A stretch of 64,000 nt of DNA, from assembly GCA_964187785.1 (NCBI GenBank), contig OZ076412.1, positions 30,256,001 through 30,320,000 on the forward strand. Direction: 5' to 3'. Positions 1 through 10,481 of this stretch are shown one piece after another. This DNA is from Amphiscolops sp. MND2022. Lineage: Eukaryota. A program made the position numbers and the translations under genes. The notes beneath the pieces were generated by a model that was given only the letters and a program-made list of their open reading frames with translations, was not told the DNA's origin and did not search any database. The number at the start of each line of letters is the position of its first letter. Positions within the stretch are counted from its first letter, which is position 1.

Positions 1-857
1 TGATATAACGATGAATATAATTATTGTATAAATGTTTATGAAATTCAATTTTCGGTGTTGCAACTTTTCACGTATCAAAAAATGATGAAAAACCCATGCT
101 GTTTCTAGTGGAGGCATCGTCCATGTCATACCTTTACAAAAAATTGGATACGGGTTTCTATAGAAGACAATTTAGTGTAAGATGTAGTTTTTCCATTCAG
201 CGATGTACACTGTCAAATGTGAGAGAATGAGTTCTCCCGGCAGTTGCAAATTGTTTTTGTGTGATATTCCACTGCCTTCTTTGAGAAAAGGAATCAATAA
301 TTGCTAATGGGCTCAAACCCTTGACAAAAAGTAAATTGAGAAGTTTACATACCCCATAGATTATAAGGTATATGGATTTGCTATATAGCTCCTGTCGTCT
401 GTTACGAGAAATCTGGCGAATAGTCCAATTTTGAAAATCCTTCCGTGTCTACTTGATGTTTAATTTTTTGCCCTTTGTTATATGAAATCTTTTTCGGAAA
501 GTTTTTTGAACACGTTTTGTAAGAAACGCTGCGGTATTTTTCATTCAAGCTCTAGTGTTTCCTTTATGAATTCGCATAATTTTGAGCTATCTAAAAATCA
601 TTGTTATCAGGTGTCATAAAACCGAGTATTCCATCACATTTTGCTGCGTTTCAGATCGTATCTTGTTGAGCGACGTCGTCGATCAAACTATCAGAACTTC
701 TCATTCGACAGCGAAACCTCGCGTGGCGAAGATTCCAGTTGCTACCGTTAAATCAGCCGCGCCTCAACTTTCACAATTTCCGTATCACCCAAAACCACCA
801 ATTTATTGGTTACGACTGATCGCACCTTGTCTCGTATTCCGCATTTAATTGGGCACG

Positions 858-1095
858 ATGGTGAAGATTTTCATCGGAAATTTGACGGGAAGCAGCGTGA
901 CGGAGGAGGATTTGCGCAAGACGTTCGAGTCAATAGGACCGGTTACGGAAACGGTCGTAATGCAGAGAGGAGGTTTCGGATTTGTTCACATGGAAAATAA
1001 AGAGGATGCCAACCGAGCTGTGTCGGAACTGAACGGAACTGAACTCGGAGGAACAACTCTGAGCGTCGAAGTCTCTCACGGAAAGAAAGGCGGCC
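858..1095 (+). CDS. RBM4: RBM4-like exon 1 (RRM1)
   Basis: ATG at 858, RNP2/RNP1 motifs, GT donor at 1096. Confidence 0.85.
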
Positions 1096-2561
1096 GTATG
1101 TAGAATTCAGAATTTCTATTACCAAATTTAACTAGCTCTTGCGGTGTCTTCTTAAGTCATCATTCAAAGTAATCTAACAAGCTTTCATTTAGTTGTTAAT
1201 ATGTATGGTTAAGTATTGTGAACTATTGATATTCATGGTGCACGTTCCGTTACTATTTTAAAAGTTTCTTTGTCGTATTTGTCACTTTTGTAGGACTTTT
1301 TACTCTTGAATTATTAGTAATAAGTTAAGATTGTTTTTCTAAGATGGAAAATCCGAACGAACTAAATACTGCGTTTCGTTCAAAATGCCCCGAATTACTT
1401 ACCGCTCTTGTCCACTGATGATTTGTTTAAAATAATATGAACCTCAAGCCAGTGAACTCATTTTGATGAAATTCCGGAAACTGCGTTGAAGTTAATTTTG
1501 TGCCCATTCAATTTGAGCTATCCTAAGTTATGCTTATCGTTTTAGGCGGGCAGGAAGATGTGAAAATATTCGTCGGTAATATCAACAAAGAAAAGGTAAC
1601 CAGTCGTGATCTAGAAGATGCTTTTGCAAAGTACGGTACGGTTACTGAAGCGGTAGTGGTTGAAAAGTACGGCTTCGTGCACATGAATTCTCGAGACGAC
1701 GCCAGAATTGCAATTAGCCGATTGAACCGAACAGAGATTAACGGATGCAGCATTGATGTGCAGTTCTCTACGGGCGAAAACCGTCGAGGTGGAGGTGCAC
1801 CCGCTGGGCCCGGTGGTCGTCGCGGAGAACCCGATCGTCGAGGTGGGCGAGGTTCGAGAGATCCTTACTATGATGATTATTACTACCCTCCCCCACGACG
1901 GGGAGATCCTTTTGAACGTAGGCCTCCACCTCCCGACCCCTATTACAGAGGACGTGGCGGTTTCGATCCCCGTGATGACATGTACGCACGAAGACCTCCT
2001 CGAGGCGATCCTTATTACGACTACTATCCTCCCCCTAGAGGAGATCCTCGTGACCCTTACGGATACCCTCCCAGAGACGTGTACGGGTATGACCGGGAGT
2101 TTGAACGCGACTTACCGCCTCGAAGGGAGTTCAGAGATGACCCTGCTGCTTCAAGGTCCAGATACCCACCGCCTCCGCCCGTGAGACGAGAGCAAGCGGA
2201 TCCCTACGACGATCATTATGGGCGAACTTCTGCCGTGGGCGGTTCCGACGCCTACGGGGTTAGAGGCGAATATGGCGGTGGGTCACCAGGCGATCCTTAC
2301 GGCAAAAGAGGCGCTGATCCTTACGCTTCCGGAGCTGCATCACGTAGATCGGCTGGAGGCATGAAAGCGGAGAACTTCGCCGAAGACAGCTACTCGGCTG
2401 TTTCGCGCTCTGCTCCCGGTGGCTCTTCTGGGCTGTACACGTCCATGTCCAGTGAGTATCCGGGTGAGAAACGACCTATGCCGAGTTCCAGTTATGGTGG
2501 ACCGCCTCCTAAACGAGGTACTTATTCCGGCGCTCAAGGCGGCAGTGCTTACGGCTACTGA
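858..2561 (+). CDS. RBM4: RBM4/lark-like RNA-binding protein, two RRMs plus Arg/Pro/Tyr/Asp-rich tail; join(858..1095,1546..2561)
   Basis: ORFs 849-1103 and 1530-2561 each encode an RRM (KIFIGNL...FGFVHM; KIFVGNI...YGFVHM) of RBM4/lark type. Donor GTATGT at 1096 and acceptor TTTTAG ending 1545 join in phase 1 (C+GC=Arg). Symbol reflects motif recognition, not a search. Confidence 0.85.
1546..2561 (+). CDS. RBM4: RBM4-like exon 2 (RRM2 plus low-complexity tail)
   Basis: AG acceptor 1544-1545, open to TGA 2559-2561, higher GC than flanks. Confidence 0.88.
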
Positions 2562-3332
2562 TCGCACATCGCCCGCCAACAGCTCTTATCGCAATCACAA
2601 ACTGATTTCCTTTCGACGGTATCATATATCAGCATGTATTACATAATGATTCTAGCTTCAACAATTGGTACACTTGGAAGCCAATTAAATGAGATCTTTG
2701 ACATTAAGTGAAAGTAGACATCCAGTGTTTTATTTGACAACGTTTTTGATGCATACATAGTGTGGCTCCAAACTTTATTTCTAGATGGTTGAAAGATGCG
2801 CTTTGACCGTTCTCCGTGCGCAAGTTTCGATTGATACTGGAAACCTTCTAGAATCTGAGAACATCAAGAAAGAAAGATGATTGTTCGCTTAACAGGTTCA
2901 TGTATTTCAGCTTGTTTTGCATTATCAGTGTGCATTATTGGCATAAATTGAATGTTCGTTTCTGTTTCATGGATTGATTTTTTAATTCTCCCACTTCTGT
3001 TGGAACCAATTTAAAGCATCTCGATTTTTCTTATTCAATTTATGTTCCGGTTGCGTAACTTTAATTCAACATCTTTCCTTGTTATCGTTTTCATACCACA
3101 ATCAGACATGAAATGATCTTCGAATCGCAGGCTACTCAAATAGTTGTGAAATGGATAATAAGAAGGAAAACATTTGCTGGTTGGAAATATTCACAAATGA
3201 AATCTTTGTTCGATCTCGTAATATATGATAAACGGTTGCCAGACAAAAGCGCCCCAATCAAAGGCTACAATAAATGGCTCTTATGTACCATGAGCTTCAA
3301 GTTCTTCACTACAATTGTGATTAATGACATGA

Positions 3333-3858
3333 TTTTAGCCGGCGCATTTTAACAAAATGAGCCCGACTATTACAGTGGCAAGTTTTTCTCTTTTTTTCGT
3401 TAATAACAGAATGTGTGCGTAGTGGACACTTTTTACAGAACTACTAAACTACTGGACCGGCAAACGGAAACGCATCTAAGTTAGTGCAAAGGGTCCCCCT
3501 TTCATTTACTCCTTTTTTAACGTAAGATACAAAACCGGACGAGACTATAGGGTCACCTTCAAGTTTTTTGATTTTGCAGCAAACTGAAGTTTCAAAAAGC
3601 TCAAAGGGTCCCCCTTTCAAGTTTTTCGGCACTCGGAGACTGTTTCAAAATTTTTATTTCTTGTTTTTTTTTCGAAAATTTTTTCAAATATTTTTCTCTC
3701 GAATTTTTTAAATGTCTCCGAATTGTCCATTCAATTTTTTTTGATATTTTGCAACAAACTGGATTTTCAAAAAAGCCAAAAAGCCCTATTACAATTTTGA
3801 AAATTTTTCCATTTTGAGCCTTAGATTAAGCGCCGAGTTTAGACGTTCCCGTCTTGTT
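3333..3858 (+). mobile_element. Non-autonomous Helentron/DINE-1-like element (HINE) copy
   Basis: 5' TTTTAGCCGGCGC...GCCCGACTATTACAGTG; 3' CTTAGATTAAGCGCCGAG...GACGTTCCCGTCTTGTT; same termini recur across the window; no TSD seen. Confidence 0.7.
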
Positions 3859-4493
3859 CATTTTAAAACAGTGTATTGACAATATTTTCCATTAATAAAT
3901 CAATATTTTTTGTTCAGAAGTGCCAAAATTAGCAATTTAAGTCGTTCCAAATTGGATTTGTTGGGTGTAGAAGTTTGAAACCTGACATTACTATTGAATT
4001 ATTGTTTTCTTTTCACCTTCAACTAGGTTTAATTAGAGGCGGGTATATCAGCTCGAAATGTAGCGTGGCGCTTTTGACTGGGACGCCTATGACTGTAATG
4101 GCAATTTTGTCTTCACGGTGGTAAACAACGCGACACCTTTTGCTTTCCAGACTTCAAATTATCATTAGTTAGATCGAAGCTGCTAATGAAACTTTTGGAA
4201 CATGTTCAGTCCAAGCAAAAGCTCTCCGGAAGTTGACATGTTGTTTTCAATAATCTCTCAAATTTCACTGGAGACCAACTTCTCAAGAATCTAGGTGAAC
4301 GTCTATTTCGAATTATGCTCACTACAAATTCGACTGAATATGTTTTAGCCTGTTAAATCCCCAGTAAGTGCCTGATGTAAGTGAAGAGTTGTCCTGTAAC
4401 TAGTTTTAATCTGCCCGAACATCGCACCTGGCTTCTAAAGGCTTCTAAAGAATTTCAAGAAACTGGGAAATCATACTTGATTGAATTATTTGG

Positions 4494-5895
4494 TTTTGAG
4501 TCGGCGCTTTCATTAGAAAAGCAGACTACAGTAGTGTAGTAGTGGCTTTTGAAAGACCTCGAACTGACAAATTCTACAAACATTTCTATAACTTCACAAC
4601 ATATGTCTCTTGGTCTAGTGGATGAGTGAGTGGCTGTAGAGCAGGTGTACGTGGGTTAGAATCCTGCGCTTTACCAATATTTTATATGCTTGCAAAAATA
4701 GATGGTATAACAAAAGTTCGCCATTTGGGTTTTGTTCTCGCTCTGCGCGCAAAAAATCTTCATTTGATCAAAGGATACGCCTTCACTTTGCTATTTTTGG
4801 TTTAGAAAAATTGTTTTGCGAGTTCGAAGGGTTTACTGGGGTTTTCGGCACCATGTAACTTTTTTGGCGCGAGACATTTAACAAAAAATTCCATGAACAA
4901 AAATTTCAATCTGCGCATTTACAGTGGCTAGTTTTTTTTTGTCAGAACACAGCTCTTTTCTGTATGTTCCAGTTTTTGGTGTAGAGGTTAATCGGTTGTA
5001 GCGGTCGCGGGTTCTATTCACTGCTTTAACCAGCAGTTTTTATACTTTTGCATTTTACTCAAGAGGAGGTGGAGGTTCGAAAATATTCCGCTATATCCAA
5101 ACTTTTGACGTTATTTCCGAACTATATTGCGTTTTACTATAGAAGAGGCGGAAGTTCGAAAACAAGCGCTCCCATTTGTCCGAGCACTCTCGAAATTTTG
5201 ACGTTATATCCGAAGTTAATAGCGGTTTACTAAGGAGGAAGAGAATAATCAAAATAATTTCTCTATATCCGAATATTGACGTTATATCCGAAGTAAATTG
5301 CGTTTTCGACGGAGGAGGGCGAGATTTGAAAAAGCACTCCCATGTTGCCCAGCACCCTATATCCGAACTTCTGGCGTTATATCCGAAGTAAATTGCGTTC
5401 TACCAAGGAAGAGGCCGAGCTATAGCCCAATTGTTTTTTGAAGACCAGCGAACTGGAAAATTTTTTAAAGTTAACTTAGTACCATTTGCCACTTGGCCCA
5501 GGGGTTAACTCAGATTTCCAGGCCTAGTGACGGGGTCTTACATACAAGAGTCCTCGGGTTTGAGTTTCGGACTACACCAAACTTTTTTGTTAGCAAAAGT
5601 AGAGGGAAGACCAACGTCTCTCCCCTTTCTGATTTTTTTCGGCTCTATGCGACTTTTTTCAGCAGTTTTTTCAACCGAAGTGCCTGCCTTTGATTTTGGC
5701 AGGAACAAAGCATTTTGCGAGAGAAGAGGGACATCTTGGGTTTTTTCGGCACAAAGCGACTTTTCAAAGAATCTTTTCAAGAGGAAAATTATTCAAATGA
5801 TTCGAAACGTATTTCCCTAAAGTTTGGTGTTTTTGAGCTTTGTTCAGAAAAATGTTCTTGAGTGGGGCGCCGACTTGAGCCATTCCCGGCTTATT
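4494..5895 (+). mobile_element. Composite HINE-family copy with tRNA-like modules and ~90-bp tandem array
   Basis: 5' GAGTCGGCGC at ~4499; 3' GGCGCCGACTTGAGCCATTCCCGGCTT at ~5865-5892; internal A/B-box-like segments at ~4605, ~4985, ~5490. Confidence 0.55.
5060..5420 (+). repeat. Diverged ~90-bp tandem array, about 4 units (core TTGACGTTATATCCGAAGT)
   Basis: Core visible at ~5105, ~5197, ~5276, ~5372; related units at 6500-6590, 11420-11520, 30440-30550 and inverted at 58280-58430. Confidence 0.75.
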
Positions 5896-5992
5896 GATTT
5901 TTCCAGTCTGTAAGGTCCTGAAAGGTCCGCTTTTTACAGAAACTACTAAAACTACTGAGGCCAACTTTGGTGCAAAGGGTCCCTCCTTTCAT

Positions 5993-6745
5993 TTTTAGTG
6001 GGCGCCTTTTCCCCTAAGAAAAAAGCCCGACTATAACAGTGGGTAGTTTTTTTCAGGTCACTCTGAATGGTCCACTTTTTGTTCATCTGTTCGAAAAAAA
6101 AGTGTTGAAGTTCGGATATAACGTTTCAAAGTTCCCATGTGACGTTTTCAGAGTTCGGATACAACGTTTCCAAAGTACGGATGTAACGTTTCAAAGTTCA
6201 GATATAACGTTTTCAAAGTTCGGATGTTAAAAATCACCGGCTTGTTTACTTTTTAACGTAAGCTACAAAATCGGACGAGACTAAAGGGTCCCCCCTTCCA
6301 AATTTTTTGGCACTGAGACTTTTTCGAAATTTTTAAAATGTCTCCTAAAGGTCCCCTTCGATTTGTTTTGGAATTCTGCAACAAAATTAATGTTGAAAAA
6401 AAAACTGAAAGGGTCCTCCCCCTTTCAGATTTTTTGGCACTGTTAGACTGTTTCAAAATTTTTGTCTGATATTAGGTTTTGGTATTATATATCCAATAGT
6501 TTGTTTCAATGCTATCCGAATTTTTGACCTAATATCCGAAGTGAAGCGCTATATCCGAACACTTGTCGTTATATCCGAACTATGTTGCGTTTTTGATTTC
6601 AATTTATTGCCCCCTTCAAAATTTTTTAAATTTTTGCAGCAAACTAAATTTTCAAAAGCCCAAAGGGCCCCATTTGTAAAATTTTAAAAACTTTGCGTCT
6701 TTTGAGCCTTAGATATAGCGCCGACTTCAGACGTTCCCATCTTGT
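5993..6745 (+). mobile_element. HINE-family copy
   Basis: 5' TTTTTAGTGGGCGC...AAGCCCGACTATAACAGTG; 3' CTTAGATATAGCGCCGACTTCAGACGTTCCCATCTTGT. Confidence 0.7.
6108..6232 (+). repeat. 21-22 bp minisatellite, about 6 units (GTTCGGATATAACGTTTCAAA)
   Basis: Units read directly; reverse-complement relative of the ATATCCGAA core. Confidence 0.8.
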
Positions 6746-7104
6746 AATATTGACACATGAACTGTAATATTGATAAAAAGTTCAATAGTTGTCCGTTTGT
6801 ATATTCGAATCACTTGACTCTTTTTGAACCTTGAGCAGTACGCTCACTTGGATCAGTCCCGGCTTGTTTCATTTTATACTCGCCACAATTGCACAGACCG
6901 GTTGCGGAACAAATTATCACGTAATGTTTTGGCAGTTAATCAGTGAAAACCTCCGTGAAAAATGGCACTACGTGGAGCTTTTGAAGCGTTTAGGCAAAGA
7001 AAATGCACCTTATTGGATAATGAAATAAACCTTTGGGATTTTTAGGCACTAAGAGATTTTTCAGAATTTTCTTTTTAAATTGTTTAAATGTAAACTTTAA
7101 ATGT

Positions 7105-7262
7105 AACTTTTTAAACTTTTGAGTTTTTTGAGCCTTAAGTAGGGCATCGACTCATCCCGTTCCCGTCTTGTTAAGGAAGTACTGTTGGTGAAATTCAATT
7201 CAAGTAAACGGGAACGGATGAGTTGGTGCCCCCTACGTAAGGCGCAAAAAGCGCAAAGCTTT
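7105..7262. repeat. Two HINE 3' ends tail-to-tail forming an inverted repeat
   Basis: + end ...CATCGACTCATCCCGTTCCCGTCTTGTT (~7172) faces - end AAACGGGAACGGATGAGTTGGTGCC (~7206), about 33 bp apart. Confidence 0.7.
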
Positions 7263-8573
7263 TCAGATCGTTAAAGATTCTTTTCGAGAAGGCTCTTAAA
7301 ATCTCATTGACGAAAAGTATTTCTTGGAAGGAAGGTCATTTGGGGTGGAAAAGCCATTAAAGAAGCAATAGCCTTTCTGTGGAATGAAAATTTTTCAAAA
7401 GTCGCACATTACCAAAGAAACAGTCCATTTGGACTCAGAAAAGACAATTTCAAGTTTTTCCCAGAATCACTGTGCTGGAAAACCTCGTATACAGCTTTGT
7501 AATTTGAGTAAAAATGACGAAATTGGAAACAACCCTTCGAATACTTATAGCCCTCTTGGTCTTGAGTTTAATTTAGAAATTTTGGTAGGACTTCTTTGAT
7601 CACTTCGGTCGGATTGAAAAAAGGCGATTGAAAGCCACGATAATTGTCCCGTTTTATTGCATGAGGTGCCGACTAAAAAGATGGGGAATTTTGCCGTTAT
7701 AAAGATTCGAATACTTTGCCCAACAAGGCGTTATGAATCACTATTGATTTTAGTTTGGCGTTTTTTCCAGTCCGCAAAAGAAGTGTGAATTCTCAATTGA
7801 TAATGTTTAAAAAACGCTGGTACTGAATTACCCAAAAATGGTATGATCGAATGTTATTTCAGAGTTGTTTTCAAGAAACAGTGACGGATGTAGTTCAATT
7901 TATAATGACGAAAATATCCCTCAAAAGAAGGCATTTTGCATGTTTCGTAATGAGTGGTGGTTCGTAATTTCGTAAAGTAGTTTTTTGCCGCATTGATCTA
8001 TTGGTTGTAGCATCTTATCTGAATATGGAATTTACGGGCAAAAAGTCGTATGAGGGATACATTTTCATTTCTGAAGAAAACAAAGATGGTAAAACACCGC
8101 TCATTTCTTCTATTCTTTTTTGAGCGGGTGAGAAGCAAGTATACTGAAATAGGATGTTGATAGATCCTCGTTGTCAAAATGTTTGCCAAAGTATTCACTT
8201 CTGATTGAAACAATTTTTGGGAGTTAATAATTTTTTGAATGAGACGACATTCATCTGATCTTAATTCTCCATTTTGCACATGAAGTCGCTTCGCTGGAAA
8301 CTAATGGAGCCTCACACAGGTTGAAAAGTGTCAACTTCGTCTTCTCGTTATGAGAAGAGTGTAATAGTCAGCACTCTAAGAGTTAGACCTATTGTCATCG
8401 GCGAGGTACTCCGCCGGATCATCGGCCACAGTATAGCCAACTGCTTGCAGAAGGACTTGAAATGTAGCAATGTGCATTTTCGCCTGTTAGAGAAGTGGTG
8501 TAGAGCACGCGATCCGTTCCCTGAGGGAAGAATTTACCAAGGAAGAAGCTGAGGGAATCTTTCTGATACATGC

Positions 8574-9052
8574 AAACAAACCGGGAACGGCCAAAGTCGT
8601 CGCTATATCTAAGGCTCAAAAAGCGCAAAACTTTTTTGAAAAAAGTTGACATTTTTGAATTTTTTTCTTTCGGAAAATGTCGCATAGTGCCGAAAAATGT
8701 AAAAGGGGCCCCTTTGGGCTTTATTAACATATATTCTGTTAATATATATATATATATATATATATAATATCAAAAAAACTCGAAAGGGGGACTCTTTTGA
8801 GACATTAAAAAAATTTTCGAAAAAAGTCACACAAAAATGCCGGAAAAAATCGAAAGGGTTTCGTCCGGTTTTGTAGGTTACGTTAAAAAAGTAAAACAAA
8901 TGAAAGGGGGATCCTTTTGCACTGATTTCAGCTGACCGGACTTGGCCTTAGTAGTTTTAGTAGTTTCTATTGTAAGAAATGTGGACCAATTAGAGTGATA
9001 TTATAGTCTGACGAAAAAAAAGAAAAGCACTAGAAAAGCCCAGACTAAAAAG
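8574..9052 (-). mobile_element. HINE-family copy nested in the CRE RT region
   Basis: Reverse 3' terminus AAACAAACCGGGAACGGCCAAAGTCGTCGCTATATCTAAGGCTCAAAA at 8574-8620; reverse 5' end CAGACTAAAA ~9050; related modules continue to ~9330. Confidence 0.65.
8741..8765. repeat. (TA)n microsatellite
   Basis: About 12 TA units read directly. Confidence 0.9.
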
Positions 9053-9933
9053 GAGATTTTTGAACAGTGGCACAGTGCGAAAACCGTAAAAGGGGGAACC
9101 GTTTGGGATTTCTTAACATCCATTTTGTTTCAAATTATCGAAACAATTGAAGGGGAACCCTTTGGTATAACCAAAAATTTTTCAAAAATTCTCGATAGTA
9201 CCGAAAAAAATCGAAGTAAAAAACATCAAGATAGCCAAATGGGGATCCTTAGTATGTTTTCGAGGTTCTGGACGTCAGTTTTGTTTTGAACGAGGCTCTG
9301 ACATTTCCAGTATGTTTTGGACATCCATAGTTCTAGTTTATGTTGTTGAACCTTCATCAGTCTCAATCGAGACTTGCTCTCATAAACGTGGAACAACTTT
9401 GCCCGTCACTTTTTAATGCCTTGAATAACTTACTCCAAGCCGTCAAAACTGTACATCGGAAATAAGACCCCTCTCCCCCAAGAAGGCACTAAGCCTTGGT
9501 TATATATGGTGTGTCAATTCTACCTTTTGATCAGGCTCGTGACTTCGAATCATTTGAGCCATGACGCCGACGACGGAAATGCGGTGGGAATGTTCGAACA
9601 CCTCCAAAGCCTCTTCTCAAGCTTGAAGAACCGCTGGCCTTAGTTTTGGTTATGAACTGACCAAGTGTCGTTTAGTAGTCAAGAGGGAGAAAGTGGCCTC
9701 AATCTGTTGCTATCCTCCCATCGTTGTAGCGAATACTCACTATCCATTAGAGAATGTGCACTTTTTTTCAGAAAAAGCGCTGCCGATGCCGAAATAATTC
9801 AAAACGTAATACAAGAAATCAAAATCTAAAAACTACTAGTTCTAGATCTGCGAGAGAAAAAATGAGAGAAGAACTGTCAACTGAAGAACTTCTCTCGATA
9901 GTGCCTCAGAAAACTGGTCATCCAATTGGTTAA

Positions 9934-10481
9934 CCTTAACTTGGCCTATGTGCCAAATTTGGCATATTTATTTTCTGCAAATTCTAAACGCACCAGCTGA
10001 TTGTATGGTAAAGCAAACTCTTGAATAAGATTTTCAGACAATATTGCATAGCATTCGGCGCCTTTTCACGGAATATTGACGTGATGTCTCCAAAATCCGA
10101 AAAAGGGGACAAAAAGTTAAAAGAAAATAACTGCAGATTTTCCATTTTCCCAGTTTTCGTTTCTGGCCCTTTTAACCCACTGGTGTAAACATTGGGTCAA
10201 AGCGGCCTCAGAATGTTTTGAAACATGCTGAAAAGCAAGCAGAGACACGACGCGTGCAAAGTTTTGGCGCAAAGTCCGGAGCCAGTGCGGCGAAGCAAAA
10301 AATTTTGTGCGCTAGCGGGCCCCCTTCCAGCAGTTTAAAAATTGACTTGAAAGCCCTTATGCTCCTCTTTTGAACGCTGTATAAATCGTTTTTCGGACTT
10401 GAATAGTTCAGGACATATTGCGGTTTAAGTTGAAGCACCCGATTTTTGGATGGAACAAGAATTTTCCTGGCCAACTTAAGG
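9934..10481. mobile_element. piggyBac-like MITE (548 bp)
   Basis: TTAA at 9930-9933 and 10482-10485; 13-bp TIR CCTTAACTTGGCC / GGCCAACTTAAGG (1 mismatch); removing it restores the CRE reading frame. Confidence 0.85.

Noticed and set aside
582-1000. Upstream or overlapping ORFs 582-848 and 806-1000 as uORFs
   Set aside because: They begin at non-ATG codons in the supplied track and partly lie in what looks like a 5' UTR intron (acceptor-like TTTCAG ~655); no support.
1753-2646. Overlapping alternative-frame and antisense ORFs in the RBM4-like exon 2
   Set aside because: Expected by-product of a GC-rich low-complexity exon; no recognisable motifs.
3444-6456. Short Lys/Phe-rich ORFs inside the interspersed repeats (also at 8419-8899, 20685-21136, 30235-30733, 58605-58787)
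   Set aside because: Chance ORFs from A/T-run-rich repeat modules; no domain motifs; frames are inconsistent between copies.
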